DNA of 63,700 nt, the filler included, from Octopus bimaculoides (Eukaryota): the NCBI RefSeq assembly GCF_001194135.2. It is 6 parts of 6 records of this genome, joined end to end, with 100 filler letters (N's around TTAATTAATTAA, not from the genome) between each part and the next. Parts side by side here need not be neighbours in the genome. Positions count along the whole stretch, not along the records: positions 36,166 to 55,565 come from NC_069001.1; positions 55,666 to 60,813 come from NC_068986.1; positions 60,914 to 62,526 come from NW_026419793.1; positions 62,627 to 63,700 come from NC_069005.1; 2 more parts are not named here. One strand, 5' to 3'. Both the position numbers and the translations under genes were made by a program. Numbering within the stretch: the first letter of the stretch is position 1; every line of letters starts with the position of its first letter. The notes beneath the pieces were generated by a model. The model saw only the letters and a program-made list of their open reading frames with translations. It was not told the DNA's origin and made no database searches. Shown here piece after piece: positions 51,870 to 63,700 of this stretch.

Positions 51870-53002
51870 NNNNNNNNNNNNNNNNNNNNNNNNNNNNNNN
51901 NNNNNNNNNNNNNNNNNNNNNNNNNNNNNNNNNNNNNNNNNNNNNNNNNNNNNNNNNNNNNNNNNNNNNNNNNNNNNNNNNNNNNNNNNNNNNNNNNNNN
52001 NNNNNNNNNNNNNNNNNNNNNNNNNNNNNNNNNNNNNNNNNNNNNNNNNNNNNNNNNNNNNNNNNNNNNNNNNNNNNNNNNNNNNNNNNNNNNNNNNNNN
52101 NNNNNNNNNNNNNNNNNNNNNNNNNNNNNNNNNNNNNNNNNNNNNNNNNNNNNNNNNNNNNNNNNNNNNNNNNNNNNNNNNNNNNNNNNNNNNNNNNNNN
52201 NNNNNNNNNNNNNNNNNNNNNNNNNNNNNNNNNNNNNNNNNNNNNNNNNNNNNNNNNNNNNNNNNNNNNNNNNNNNNNNNNNNNNNNNNNNNNNNNNNNN
52301 NNNNNNNNNNNNNNNNNNNNNNNNNNNNNNNNNNNNNNNNNNNNNNNNNNNNNNNNNNNNNNNNNNNNNNNNNNNNNNNNNNNNNNNNNNNNNNNNNNNN
52401 NNNNNNNNNNNNNNNNNNNNNNNNNNNNNNNNNNNNNNNNNNNNNNNNNNNNNNNNNNNNNNNNNNNNNNNNNNNNNNNNNNNNNNNNNNNNNNNNNNNN
52501 NNNNNNNNNNNNNNNNNNNNNNNNNNNNNNNNNNNNNNNNNNNNNNNNNNNNNNNNNNNNNNNNNNNNNNNNNNNNNNNNNNNNNNNNNNNNNNNNNNNN
52601 NNNNNNNNNNNNNNNNNNNNNNNNNNNNNNNNNNNNNNNNNNNNNNNNNNNNNNNNNNNNNNNNNNNNNNNNNNNNNNNNNNNNNNNNNNNNNNNNNNNN
52701 NNNNNNNNNNNNNNNNNNNNNNNNNNNNNNNNNNNNNNNNNNNNNNNNNNNNNNNNNNNNNNNNNNNNNNNNNNNNNNNNNNNNNNNNNNNNNNNNNNNN
52801 NNNNNNNNNNNNNACAGACTTTTCCTTTTTACGATTACGTTCGAATAAATAACTTGAGAAAATGACCACCTCTGATTTGTTAAGTTCGTGAAAAAAGCCT
52901 ACTGCTTGATAAAACAACCAGTCTGGTATTGAAAACATGAGTCTTGAACTATCTCGATAGACAGCAGTTAATCGAAGCTAATGCGTAATTTTATAACATT
53001 TT

Positions 53003-53046
53003 GCGACCCATCAGTGGGTCGCGACTCATAGTTTGGGAACCACTTG
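53003..53046. mobile_element. hAT (Charlie-like) MITE right terminus
   Basis: gcgacccatcagtgggtcgcgactcatagtttgggaaccact resembles a recalled hAT MITE end; the left end is not seen. Confidence 0.45.
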
Positions 53047-53857
53047 TCTAATCTGTAATACCCATGTACATCAGGTGAGTCTTTGTTCATGTGTTTGTGT
53101 TTGTAAAAGACCAGTTGGTAAAACATGGTGCTAAACTACAAAATTCTAAGAACCACTGAACTACATTATCATATTATCTTTACTTATTTCAGATACAAGG
53201 TCACCATTCAAGAGAGATTTAGCTGTTCTCTCTAGCAAGTTAAGTAACCACATAAAGACACCTTTGTTTGATACTAATCATAAGTTTTATCCAACATACA
53301 CAAACACACAAATAATATAGTCTCCTACCCTGCAATCGGTCTCTCAATCAAGTCTTTGTATTAAAAGTAATAAAAAATATAACAATCCTTTAATTATAGA
53401 CGTTCATTATAGGAGTGTTGCTGTGGCCTAGTTTACAGACTCCACAATGGCAGAAAATGTATTTAAATTATCATCATCGTCAATATAGTCGTTACTATTA
53501 TTATCGTGAGAGATCAGCACACACCGTCAAAGTGACATGAGGTACAAATATACGCAACCCAATACACCCATCTGATAAGAAAAAAACCTTGCACATTGCA
53601 TCACAACTATGTTCAGGTGATGTGGTGACCTCATATCAAGATAAACAGCACATGACTTTCCAGGTGAAGCCAAATTAGAATTTCCATCAGTGTTTCCACC
53701 GAGGTTAACTTTGCCTTTCATTTTTTGGGGGGGTTCAATAAAATAAGTACCAGTTGAATATTGGAATAGATGTAATCAACTTAACCACTCCCTTGAAATT
53801 GCTGGCCTTGTGCCAAAATCTGAATCTGTTATTTTTATTATTATTATTAAGGAAGGA

Positions 53858-54221
53858 GTGGAGGTTAGGGCAGTGGACTCGCGGTCATAGGATCGCAGTT
53901 TCGATTCCCAGACTGGGCGTTGTGAGTGTTTATTGAGCGAAAACACCTAAAGCCCCCACAAGGCTCCAGCAGGGGATGGTGGCGAACCCTGCTGTACTCT
54001 TTCACCACAACTTTCTCTCACTCTTACTTCCTGTTGTGCCTGTAATTCAAAGGGTCAGCCTTGTCACACTGTGTCACGCTGAATATCCAAGAGAACTATG
54101 TTAAGGGTACACATGTCTGTGGAATGCTCAGCCACTTGCACGTTAATTTCACGAGCAGGCTGTTCTGTTGATCGGATCGACTGGAACCCTCGACGTCGTA
54201 AGCGACAGAGTGCCAACAACA
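53858..54221 (+). mobile_element. SINE family A with 12-bp TSD, inserted at the 5' end of a family B copy
   Basis: TSD attaaggaagga at 53846-53857 and 54222-54233; the head carries a short diagnostic deletion (gtggaggttagggcag). Confidence 0.9.
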
Positions 54222-55665
54222 ATTAAGGAAGGAAGCAAGCTAGCAGAATCGTCAGAACACCAGGCAAAATGCTTAGTAACGTTTCATGTTTCTTTATATT
54301 CTGAGTCCCAATTCCGCTGCGGTCAACTTAGTCTGTCATCCTTATGGGATCGATAAGTTAAGTACCAGTCAAGTCCTGGGATCGATGTGATCAACTTATC
54401 TCCTCCCCACAAATTCTAGACCTTGTGCCTATATTAGAAAGGATTATTATGAATATTATCATTATTATTATTAAGGCTGCAAATTATCATTATTATTATT
54501 AAGGAAGGAGTGGAGGTTAGGGCAGTGGACTCGCGGTCATAGTGAGTGTTTATTGAGCGAAAACACCTAAAGCCCCCACAAGGCTCCTGCAGGGGATGGT
54601 GGCGAACCCTGCTGTACTGTTTCACCACAACTTTCTCTCACTCTTACTTCCTGAGTGGTTGGTGTTAGGAAGGGCATCCAGCTGTAGAAACTCTGCCAAA
54701 TTAGATTGGAGCCTGGTGTAGCCATCCGGTTACACCAGTCCTCAGTCAAATCGTCCAACCCATGCTAGCATGGAAAGCTGACGTTAAACGATGATGATGA
54801 TGATGATGATATACACATACACATATATACGACGGGCCTCTTTCAGTTTCCGTCTACCAAATCCACTCACAAGGCTTTGGTCGGCCCAAAGCTATAGTAG
54901 AAGACACTTGCCCAAGGTGCCACGCAGTGGAACAGAACCCGGAACCATGTGGTTGGTAAGCAAGCTATTTACCACACACCCACTCCTGAGCCTATCATCA
55001 TTACTATTATTACTACCATAATTATCATTCTTATCACTATTACTATCATCATCATCATCAACATCATCATGATTATCATTCAATTTAAGAACCACCCAGA
55101 ATTTGCCAGTCTCCGACAACATGACGTGATCCATTTACCTTCAACAACTGCAATATTTACAAAATGAAGACAATATTATTATTATTATTATTATTATTAG
55201 AGGCCTTGTGCTTCCAGTAGAAAGAATTATTATCATTATTATTATTATTAATCCACCAACAAAGAACAGTGAATGTATGTGTTGCTAGGGAAGCCTGGGT
55301 TTCAAACATAGAGAGTGAACAATAAAAATGAATAATTGGTTAATGTATTTTTGTTAATTATTCAGGAACAAACTAAACAAACAGTGAAATAATGACAGCT
55401 ATGCATTACATAGACATGAATGAACTGATAATGAACACAGATTTTATAACAAACAAACAGACAGACAGACGGACGGACAGAGACGGACGGACAGACAGAC
55501 AGACGGGCGGACAGACAGACGGACAGTCAGACAGACGGACGGACAGAGACGGACAGACAGACAGANNNNNNNNNNNNNNNNNNNNNNNNNNNNNNNNNNN
55601 NNNNNNNNNTTAATTAATTAANNNNNNNNNNNNNNNNNNNNNNNNNNNNNNNNNNNNNNNNNNNN

Positions 55666-55696
<31 letters not shown>

Positions 55697-56853
55697 TATG
55701 TATGTATGTGTGTATGTATATATATACATATATATATATTTATATATATATACATGTATATATTTATATGTATTTTCCTTTATGGTTTTTATTTGTTCAC
55801 TGAAGATTTTTGGCTTCGATACGTAACTGCTAGTTTTAGTAAGTCAGTAGAACAGTAGAATAACTTCAGTAGATAACCGATATCTTCGGCCCCCATTTAA
55901 AAAAAAAGTGCATTATACTCGTATTAGAAGAGTAAAAGGCAAGGATGAGCTCGGTGTGATTTAGACTCTGAATGTAAACCGCTGGAAGCATTGGCGCAAA
56001 GCATTTTGTCCGGCATTCTAACGACTCCGCTAGCCAACGATTCTAATGCCAATTTACTACCACTATGTATCATTGTAAAATGTGTTTCAACAGTTTGAAG
56101 GCAGGTGAGAGTTGATTACATCGACCCCAGTGCTCAACCGGTATTTGTTTTATGGGCCCCGAAGAGATGAAAAAGATAGTTGCCCTTGGCAGAATTTGAA
56201 CTCAGAACGTTAAGATGAACGAAAGGCCGCTACACATCTTGTCCTGCGCGGTAACAATTCTTCCAGCTCGCTGTTTCTTCTCGTTGTAATATTGATTTCA
56301 AGTTCTGGCACAAGGCCAGCAATTTTGGGAGAGGAGTAAGTCGATTACCTCGACACCAGTGTTCAACTGGTACTTATTTTATCGACTCCGAAAGGATGAA
56401 AGGTAAAGTCGACCTCGGCAGAATTTGAATTCAGAACGTAAAGACAGACGAAATGCCGCTAAACATTTTGCCCGGCATGCTATCGTTTTCCCAGCTCGCT
56501 TCTTTTATCGTTGTAATACTGAGATGTACTGTTGGTTAGCCAGTTCAAATTCTAGATCTAATATGCAGAGAGCAACATCGTTACCCTCAACTGCTGCAAA
56601 CATCGAAACTGTTAGGTGATAGGGGTTAACACCTTTCAGTGTGAATGCACATACAAGCGTCGGCAGTAAATTCCCTGCTTTGCTTTTAAGACTCCTTTTC
56701 CCCCGTTGACCCCAGATTATTCAACAAGAACAACATCAAATTACTTCATGGAATATGGTGACAGAAATCACTGAGTGTGGCTTTTCAACTGGTCGTCCCG
56801 TACACATTTGGCTCGTCTCTCAACGGGCCATACAACTAATAATACATTTAAGA

Positions 56854-57247
56854 GGCGCAGGCATGGTTATGTAGTTAAGAAGCTAGCATAGCAACTACGT
56901 GGTTTCGGGTCCCAATTCCACTGTGCGGCACTTCGTGCAAGCCCCGGTCCAAGAATTGCCTTTCGAGTGAATTTTGTGGATAGAAACGGTGTCGACGCCC
57001 ATAGCGTGTATGTGTGTGTGTGTATTGTGAGCGTATCAGTGCATGCGCACGCGTCTTTGTGCTTGTGTTTTTACCCTCCAACCAGTGCTTGTCTGTTTAT
57101 GTCCCTGTAATCCAGAGGTTCGACAAAAGAGCCCAATAAAATAAGTACCGGACTTAGAAATAAATTCTGAGAGTGATTTGCTCGACTAAACACTTTGAGA
57201 CAGCGCCCCAGCATGGCCACATTCCACTGACTGAAACAACTAGAAGA
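56854..57247 (+). mobile_element. Composite SINE family C, full length
   Basis: Same three-part layout as 31128-31520. Confidence 0.8.
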
Positions 57248-57442
57248 AACAGCAAATAACAGACTTATGAGTACCTTAAATTCCATATTAAGAGAAACAC
57301 ACATTTCACCAACCTCATTCCTTTCTTTGAAAATTTCAGAAAGCATTACTTTGATCGTTTTTCTTCTTTTTGTCTCTATATCAGGAAACAATGGAATTAT
57401 TTTATTAGTGATTCAGGGCCTACATTTTATAGTTTATTATTA

Positions 57443-57520
<78 letters not shown>

Positions 57521-58934
57521 TTGTTGTTGCTGTTGTTGTTGTTGTTTTTTTGTTAAAGAATAATGATTCCCAGAAGCCATCTTTAGGGAAAAAATAATTT
57601 GTCCAGTTAATGTTAATATATTTGATGTAGAAAGTATGTTCTGGATTGTATTCCATACAAATTGATATTAGTCATACGAGGGTTTTTTTTTTCTCACTAC
57701 ATAATTAGTTTGAGTCATTAGAATTCCATTCAGTATTTTTTCTAGCTTAACTTTTACTATTCCTTGCATCAAGTATATTAATCCTGACCTAGCTATTCTT
57801 ATTTCATGTGATTGGCGTCCTTGAATTATTTATTCTTTAAATGATTATTTTCTATGCCAATCTGACTACAATTTCCTACATTTACTTAGTGAGTAATTTT
57901 ATCACTGTTTCTGCAAATACCGTGAGGACTATGCGCCGATAATGATGTTATAATAATGTCAAAACTTTCTAGAGTTATTTCCCGTGATTGCCAGAGCACA
58001 ATGTAAATATGAGCCATTGACTCATATTTTTTTTTACCTTTTCGTACCAGTTAGATTTTTAATGTTCCTCTTAACTTGCATTAAATATGGTAATACTTGC
58101 ATTACATGTAGAAATAGTACCTATTGTTGTTTGGTATGTTTTATTGATTTGTTAATTAGTTAGTCTTGACAGGCAAAGATGTAAATAATTAGTGTCACAG
58201 CCTAATATAATTTAAACGCATCACATACAGCGCTAATTAAGATAAAGTCGACATAAGATGTTATATTATCTTTTTTCGTTGGACGATAGTATTCATAGGA
58301 TAAGTTAATTGTGTGTGTATATGTGTGTATATGAGTGGGTGAGTGCTTATGTAAGTGTCTTTGCACGTGTTCCTGAGTATTGTTGTTTGTTTTATTCTTT
58401 CAGTATGCATATAGATGTGAGAATATACACGTATTCAATTTCAAATGACAGGGCGGCAATTTTCTTTTATAATGCAATATTTTAGAATTTATTTGTAATA
58501 ACAGTAATGGAACCAATAGTGACTGCTCTATAAAGTAAATTTGCCCCATTTGTATTAAAACTCTTAAAACGCTGGTACCAAAAAGAAGCCTTCACTGAAA
58601 TAGAAGAATTGGCTGACTTTATCTCATAAGAAACAACAGAGGAAGAATCTTAGCATCACTCCGACGGGCCTTCAAGATTTGTAAGGCAACCTTCAGGCAT
58701 CATCTGCTAAAATTGTGCAACCAGAGAACAACATCTTAAGGGTTAGTTAATAGTCCCTGATATTTCATGCGAGCCGAGCAATATCAACGAGCCTAAATCA
58801 GAAATTATCTGAGGTAGAAACACAATGCATAGTGACATAGCAGTTGAGAGTCGCGAATGTCTCCCGGTAACTTGAGAATGGTTCAATATCGGCAGTATTT
58901 ATAGCCTCTATTGAAAACATCATTGTTCCAAAGA

Positions 58935-59165
58935 TATGAGTTTGTAATCCAAGAGCACAATAGAGTTACAAAATATCAGTTGAAGAAGAAAATTCAAAGA
59001 AACCTTGAAAGTCCCAAAATCTGTTAGAAAATGTCTATGTAATATCTATGAGGATAACATGTTGTGTATTATTAGCAGCTGCCCAAAACGTCATAAATGA
59101 ACAATCTCCCGATACGACATCGCGTTGTTGCTAAAATGATGTATAGTATCGTCTGTAAGGAAGAG
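58935..59165 (+). mobile_element. Very degenerate R4/NeSL-type non-LTR fragment
   Basis: Across frameshifts: FVIQEHNRVTKY, KCLC...IISSCPK, LPIRHRVVAK, resembling the CxxC...HxxxxC / RH motif region. Confidence 0.4.
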
Positions 59166-59358
59166 AAGACTATTCTGGGCGAAATATAAAATCATATTTC
59201 CGATATTGGATACATCCGGACATTCCGTTTCAAGAAATAATGGTGAAAAAATATCACATGGAAATATCAAGCCAAGACAGGAAACAAAACACAAGTTCTG
59301 CTGTAGCGGTCATCCACGTTATCAATTTTGAGGTTTCATTCAAAAGTAATGAGAATAC

Positions 59359-59559
59359 TCTTTTACTTGTTCAGTCATTTGACTGCGGCCATGCTAGAGT
59401 ACCGGCTTTAGTCGAACAAATCGACCCCATAACTTATTCTTTGTAAGTCTAGTACGTACTCTATCAGTCACTTTTGCCGATCTGCTAACGTTACGGGACG
59501 CAAAAACACCAGCATCGGTTGTCGCTCGACGGGAGGGGTGCAAACACAGATACACAAAC

Positions 59560-59627
<68 letters not shown>

Positions 59628-59796
59628 GACGGGCTTCTTTCAGCTTCTGTCTACTAAATCCACTCACAAGGCTTTGATAGGTACCGCAAGGCTATCTATA
59701 GTAGAACACATTTGCCGAAGGTGCTACGCAGTAGGACCGAACCCGGAATTATGTGGTTGGTATGGAGGTTACTTACCACACAGCCACTCCTGTGCC
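59359..59796 (-). mobile_element. Composite SINE family C, full length, with expanded internal (TA)n
   Basis: Head and tail modules flank about 45 bp of (TA)n at 59563-59626. Confidence 0.85.
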
Positions 59797-60603
59797 TATG
59801 AGCCACTCCTGGTAACATTTATGATAAAATGCTTAGAAGTCTACAACTTTTGTAGACAAATTATATATTTACGTTTGCCCCTAAACTTATTAGCACATTG
59901 CTTGGCCATGTTATTGACTTTACAAATGATTTTCTGTAAGAGCTGGTACCGTAAAGCAAGGAAAGCCACCATCTTATACGTATTCTGCAAATTTAAACTG
60001 AATACCTTAGAACATTTTGCTGATATTATTATCTAATTCCTGAAGACATAGCACCGTTTCTTAGTTAGAAACCAGACTCATGATATAGCTGTCAGAGAAA
60101 TATAAAAACAAAAATATGAAAAGATATGAAACATACATAGATATATTAATATACAAACAGAGTAGATGATACACACAGGCATATATAAACATATTTGCTC
60201 ATATACGAACATCTTTTTAAGAGGAAACGAAATTACAAACGTTGTCTCAATACACAAAAGAAAGAGTAAACCAAATAAAAGAGAAGACCAGCATTCAGAT
60301 ATGTTATTCACCTTGAAGCTGTTTACAAATGAAATCTCAACCGGTTACGCTGTTCTCAACATAGTCAATGTTTGTCATCGAGATATTTATATAGAATGTA
60401 GCAAATTACTCAAGAAATGATGTTCTGTTTTGTAGAAGTGAAGTAAGAACAAAGGAAATTATATAATACAGCCTATAATTTGGACGCCATACAAAAGTGA
60501 GTGAATCAATAACAGATGCTTTATATCATATACAGCTACTTAGAGATAAAAATGTTTCTATAGATCCGATTTGCAAGTTTAATGTGATTGTAGATTACCT
60601 AGG

Positions 60604-60646
<43 letters not shown>

Positions 60647-62825
60647 CACATACACACACAAGCCCACATATATATGTGTAAATATATATATATACATGTA
60701 CAATATTTTATTCTTTTACTTGATTCGATCAGTTGACTGCGGCCATACTGGAGCAGCGCATTGAAGAGTTTTAGTTGAAAAAATCGCCCCCCACCCCGGA
60801 TTTATTTTTTAAANNNNNNNNNNNNNNNNNNNNNNNNNNNNNNNNNNNNNNNNNNNNTTAATTAATTAANNNNNNNNNNNNNNNNNNNNNNNNNNNNNNN
60901 NNNNNNNNNNNNNCCTGTGGTTGATTCTTTCGACTAAAGGCGGTACTCCAGCATGGCCGCAATCAAAAAGAAACAGGTAAAAGAGTAATATCAAAATTTC
61001 ATCAGTCAAAGAAAGGTTTGTATATTCACTAAGAGCGAAATGTGTCAGCTTCTTAAGTAGTTAATACAGAGAGATGCATAGGAAAGAAATTGCCAAATCT
61101 TATAAAATACGGGAGTCTAAGGCAACTAAAACACCTAGTAATGGTATACGTGTTACTTGAATTATTTACGTTTCCTGGCAGTTTATTTTTTTCTGTGAAG
61201 ATATGTGGCAATTTTCCATCAGTATTTGCAGAAATATACATATACACTATTGGTGTGTGTTTGTAGGTTATTTTTCTATGAAATCATTCTTAATATTGAC
61301 TGATTCGGACATAGAAAAGCAAGATAAACATGTTGGTAGACAGATAAATTCCACTTACTTCTAAATAACAATTTCAAATTGGAATTCATTCACTTCATTA
61401 TTTAGATCTATATTTTCCTATTGATCAGAAATCTTTAAAATAGGGAACTAAGAGAAGTAGGTGGGGATGGACAATGAAGTATAACTGTCAACACTACGAA
61501 TCATGTGAATGTAATCAAAATAGTGTTCTTTCTTTGATCTCCTAACAAATGTATATTGTTTTATTGTATGGCCTTTGACGAAAATAATAGTGACAGTATA
61601 ATGTATTGGTAGAATTAAAACTAAACAAACATATAAACATGATTATATACAAAATAGAAAATGTAATGGTTTATCTTTTCATTGCCAGGAAATACTTACT
61701 TTGGTGGTAAAAATGTTTCAAATTTTTTTCTCAAATTTGGGTCCTTAATAAGGTCCAATGGTGTGTTATTGTTATTATTTTTATGGTGAAAGTCGGCAAC
61801 AACTACACCAGAGAACCGTTCCTCCGTTTTCAGGTTGAGGTCGGTGCAGCACTACAAATTATGAAATATAAAATGATAACAATATTACACAAATATTCAT
61901 AACAAATGCCCCTAATTACATCTAAATTTACTCATAGATTGTTTATCCAGTAATTAAACCAATTACAAAATACTGAGTTCCTACTTCATCTTCAATTGAG
62001 TCCATTTCCCATTTTCATGGTTTTACTTGATTTTCATGTCATTATATTGAACAGGACAAACCTTATTGATTAACATCAAGCTTATTGATATTTAGTGAGT
62101 AAATATTTACTTGTAAACCAGACATATATCAACATATTCAACAATAAAGTCAAATATAGTAACAACAAACCAACAAGAACCTATCTACACAATTGGCTTG
62201 ATAAAGGCGGACAAGTAGCCATATCATAAGAAAGAATATTGTATATATAAATATAACACAACATGAGAACAAATAAAATAAGTTATATCAGAAACAGAAA
62301 CACCTGCAATATAACATAACAAAATCAATATCACACAGACATAACCAAACATATCAATAATGTTTCCTTAATTAAGCAAGAAGCATCTTTGAATGATGAA
62401 AGTAAAGTAAAAGAAGTAGGAATTAATGTCAGAGCTGAGGCAGCACACATTATAGTTATTAACAAATTATTTACACTGTTAGTTTGATAGACAATTCCAG
62501 TAGGTGGGGTGGTAGTTGGGTGTCAANNNNNNNNNNNNNNNNNNNNNNNNNNNNNNNNNNNNNNNNNNNNTTAATTAATTAANNNNNNNNNNNNNNNNNN
62601 NNNNNNNNNNNNNNNNNNNNNNNNNNTATTTGTGTGTGTGTGTGCGTGTGTGTGTGTATTTCTGTCTGTGTTTATCTGCCACCACCGCTTGACACTCAAT
62701 GTTGGTGTGTTTATGTCCCTGTAGGGAACGTAAAGACAGATGAGATCATTGCTAAGCATTTCGCCCGGCGTGCTAACGATTCTGCCAGCTCGCCGCCGCC
62801 TTACATTGTATACAGTATTATCAAA

Positions 62826-63130
62826 GTGATGATGATGCGGCCCTCCTTAATGCATGAGGACTGAGGACTTCTAGGGCAACCAATGAGCACCATAGAACCC
62901 TCCCCCCACCACCTCCGAGTCACCTGCTCGCCAGGGAAACAACGACAAACGTTCTGCTTGCTTTTCATCGTAATTTTCAGCTTTCAAGCGCATGCGTAGA
63001 GTAGGTTCATTCATTTGTATCCTTCTCGCTTCACTCACCCACCGTCTTACAAAATTACTTGGTTACGAGGCAACACCTCTTCCTCCATCTTCACTATCCT
63101 TTCCAGGTGGAACTTAAAAATGTCAATGAA
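62826..63130 (-). mobile_element. Possible old RTE 3' remnant
   Basis: Minus-strand end agtcctcatgcattaaggagggccgc(atc)n and degenerate HLERIVKMEEEVLPRNQVIL. Confidence 0.35.
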
Positions 63131-63505
63131 AGCTTGACGGAAATGGAACGTGTCTGTCCTCAGGCCTTTTCACTCGTGTCCGCTACACAATCCATTTTAC
63201 AATAGGTACCAGACAGAGGAAGGTTGACTGCTCTTTCTGGCCAAAAGAAGGTGGCGGGGGAAGATTTTCACGATGGGGGTCTGTCGATAGCTGGATCCGT
63301 CTTATGCGGCACAGCTGTTTGGAATAACTCCACAAGCATTATGAGAGCAGGAACGGCAGTTGTTTACATGGTGTGGATGTTGCAATCGGTTAAATTTCGT
63401 ACCATAACCCGTGTTGTTGTAGGAGGAGGAGAAATACTCTTGCCACTCTTGTTATGGCCTTCCAGGTTGTTGGCATCTGGTCGCTGCTGCTGCTGCTGCT
63501 GCTGC

Positions 63506-63560
<55 letters not shown>

Positions 63561-63700
63561 GCTGCTGCTGCTGCTACGGGATAAGATTTCTAAACAGAGA
63601 ACCCCAGTTACTGGAAATTGAACGCGTCGTTTCCGGTTGGGAATATACCTCATGGGACCAAGCAAATTAGCGAGGAAGTAAGAAAGAACTGGCGGTGGTT

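Noticed and set aside
59840-59960. Minus-strand open frame NTYKMVAFLALRYQLLQKIICKVNNMAKQCANKFRGK with AG/GT ends as a PSMD5 upstream exon
   Set aside because: Similarity to LLKQIVYCIG is too weak to accept.
62985-62997. GCGCATGCG NRF1-like promoter motif
   Set aside because: Single motif lying within a probable RTE remnant, with no other promoter evidence.
1-63700. CRISPR arrays, rRNA or prokaryotic operons
   Set aside because: None seen; the repeats are microsatellites and dispersed TEs, and the gene is intron-containing.

Overview
Eukaryotic, AT-rich, microsatellite- and SINE-dense genomic scaffold with many N gaps. The repeat repertoire looks like an Octopus genome (inference). The only protein-coding gene I can support is PSMD5 (26S proteasome base assembly chaperone S5b) on the minus strand. 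Four GT-AG exons with matching phases (51773-51515, 44819-44631, 41670-41561, 37733-37335) encode the C-terminal 318 aa, followed by an AATAAA signal. The N-terminal roughly 185 aa were not found. Almost all other ORFs in the track are translated microsatellites or N runs. The rest of the window is mobile DNA: a decayed DD37D (maT) Tc1/mariner transposase, mariner/pogo/hAT MITEs, RTE and R4/Dong LINE fragments, at least three Penelope-like families, mini-Helitrons and several tRNA-derived SINE families. I found no clear-cut new multi-gene system. The best leads are: (1) a Penelope-like element whose 3' end carries a tRNA-like Pol III promoter upstream of a decayed hammerhead ribozyme, plus an inverted 5' segment; (2) a hypothetical plus-strand spliced small ORF; (3) a CpG-depleted block over the PSMD5 body bounded by unknown-size gaps; (4) intronic fold-backs that could be ADAR substrates. 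All counts were made by eye and TE boundaries are approximate.
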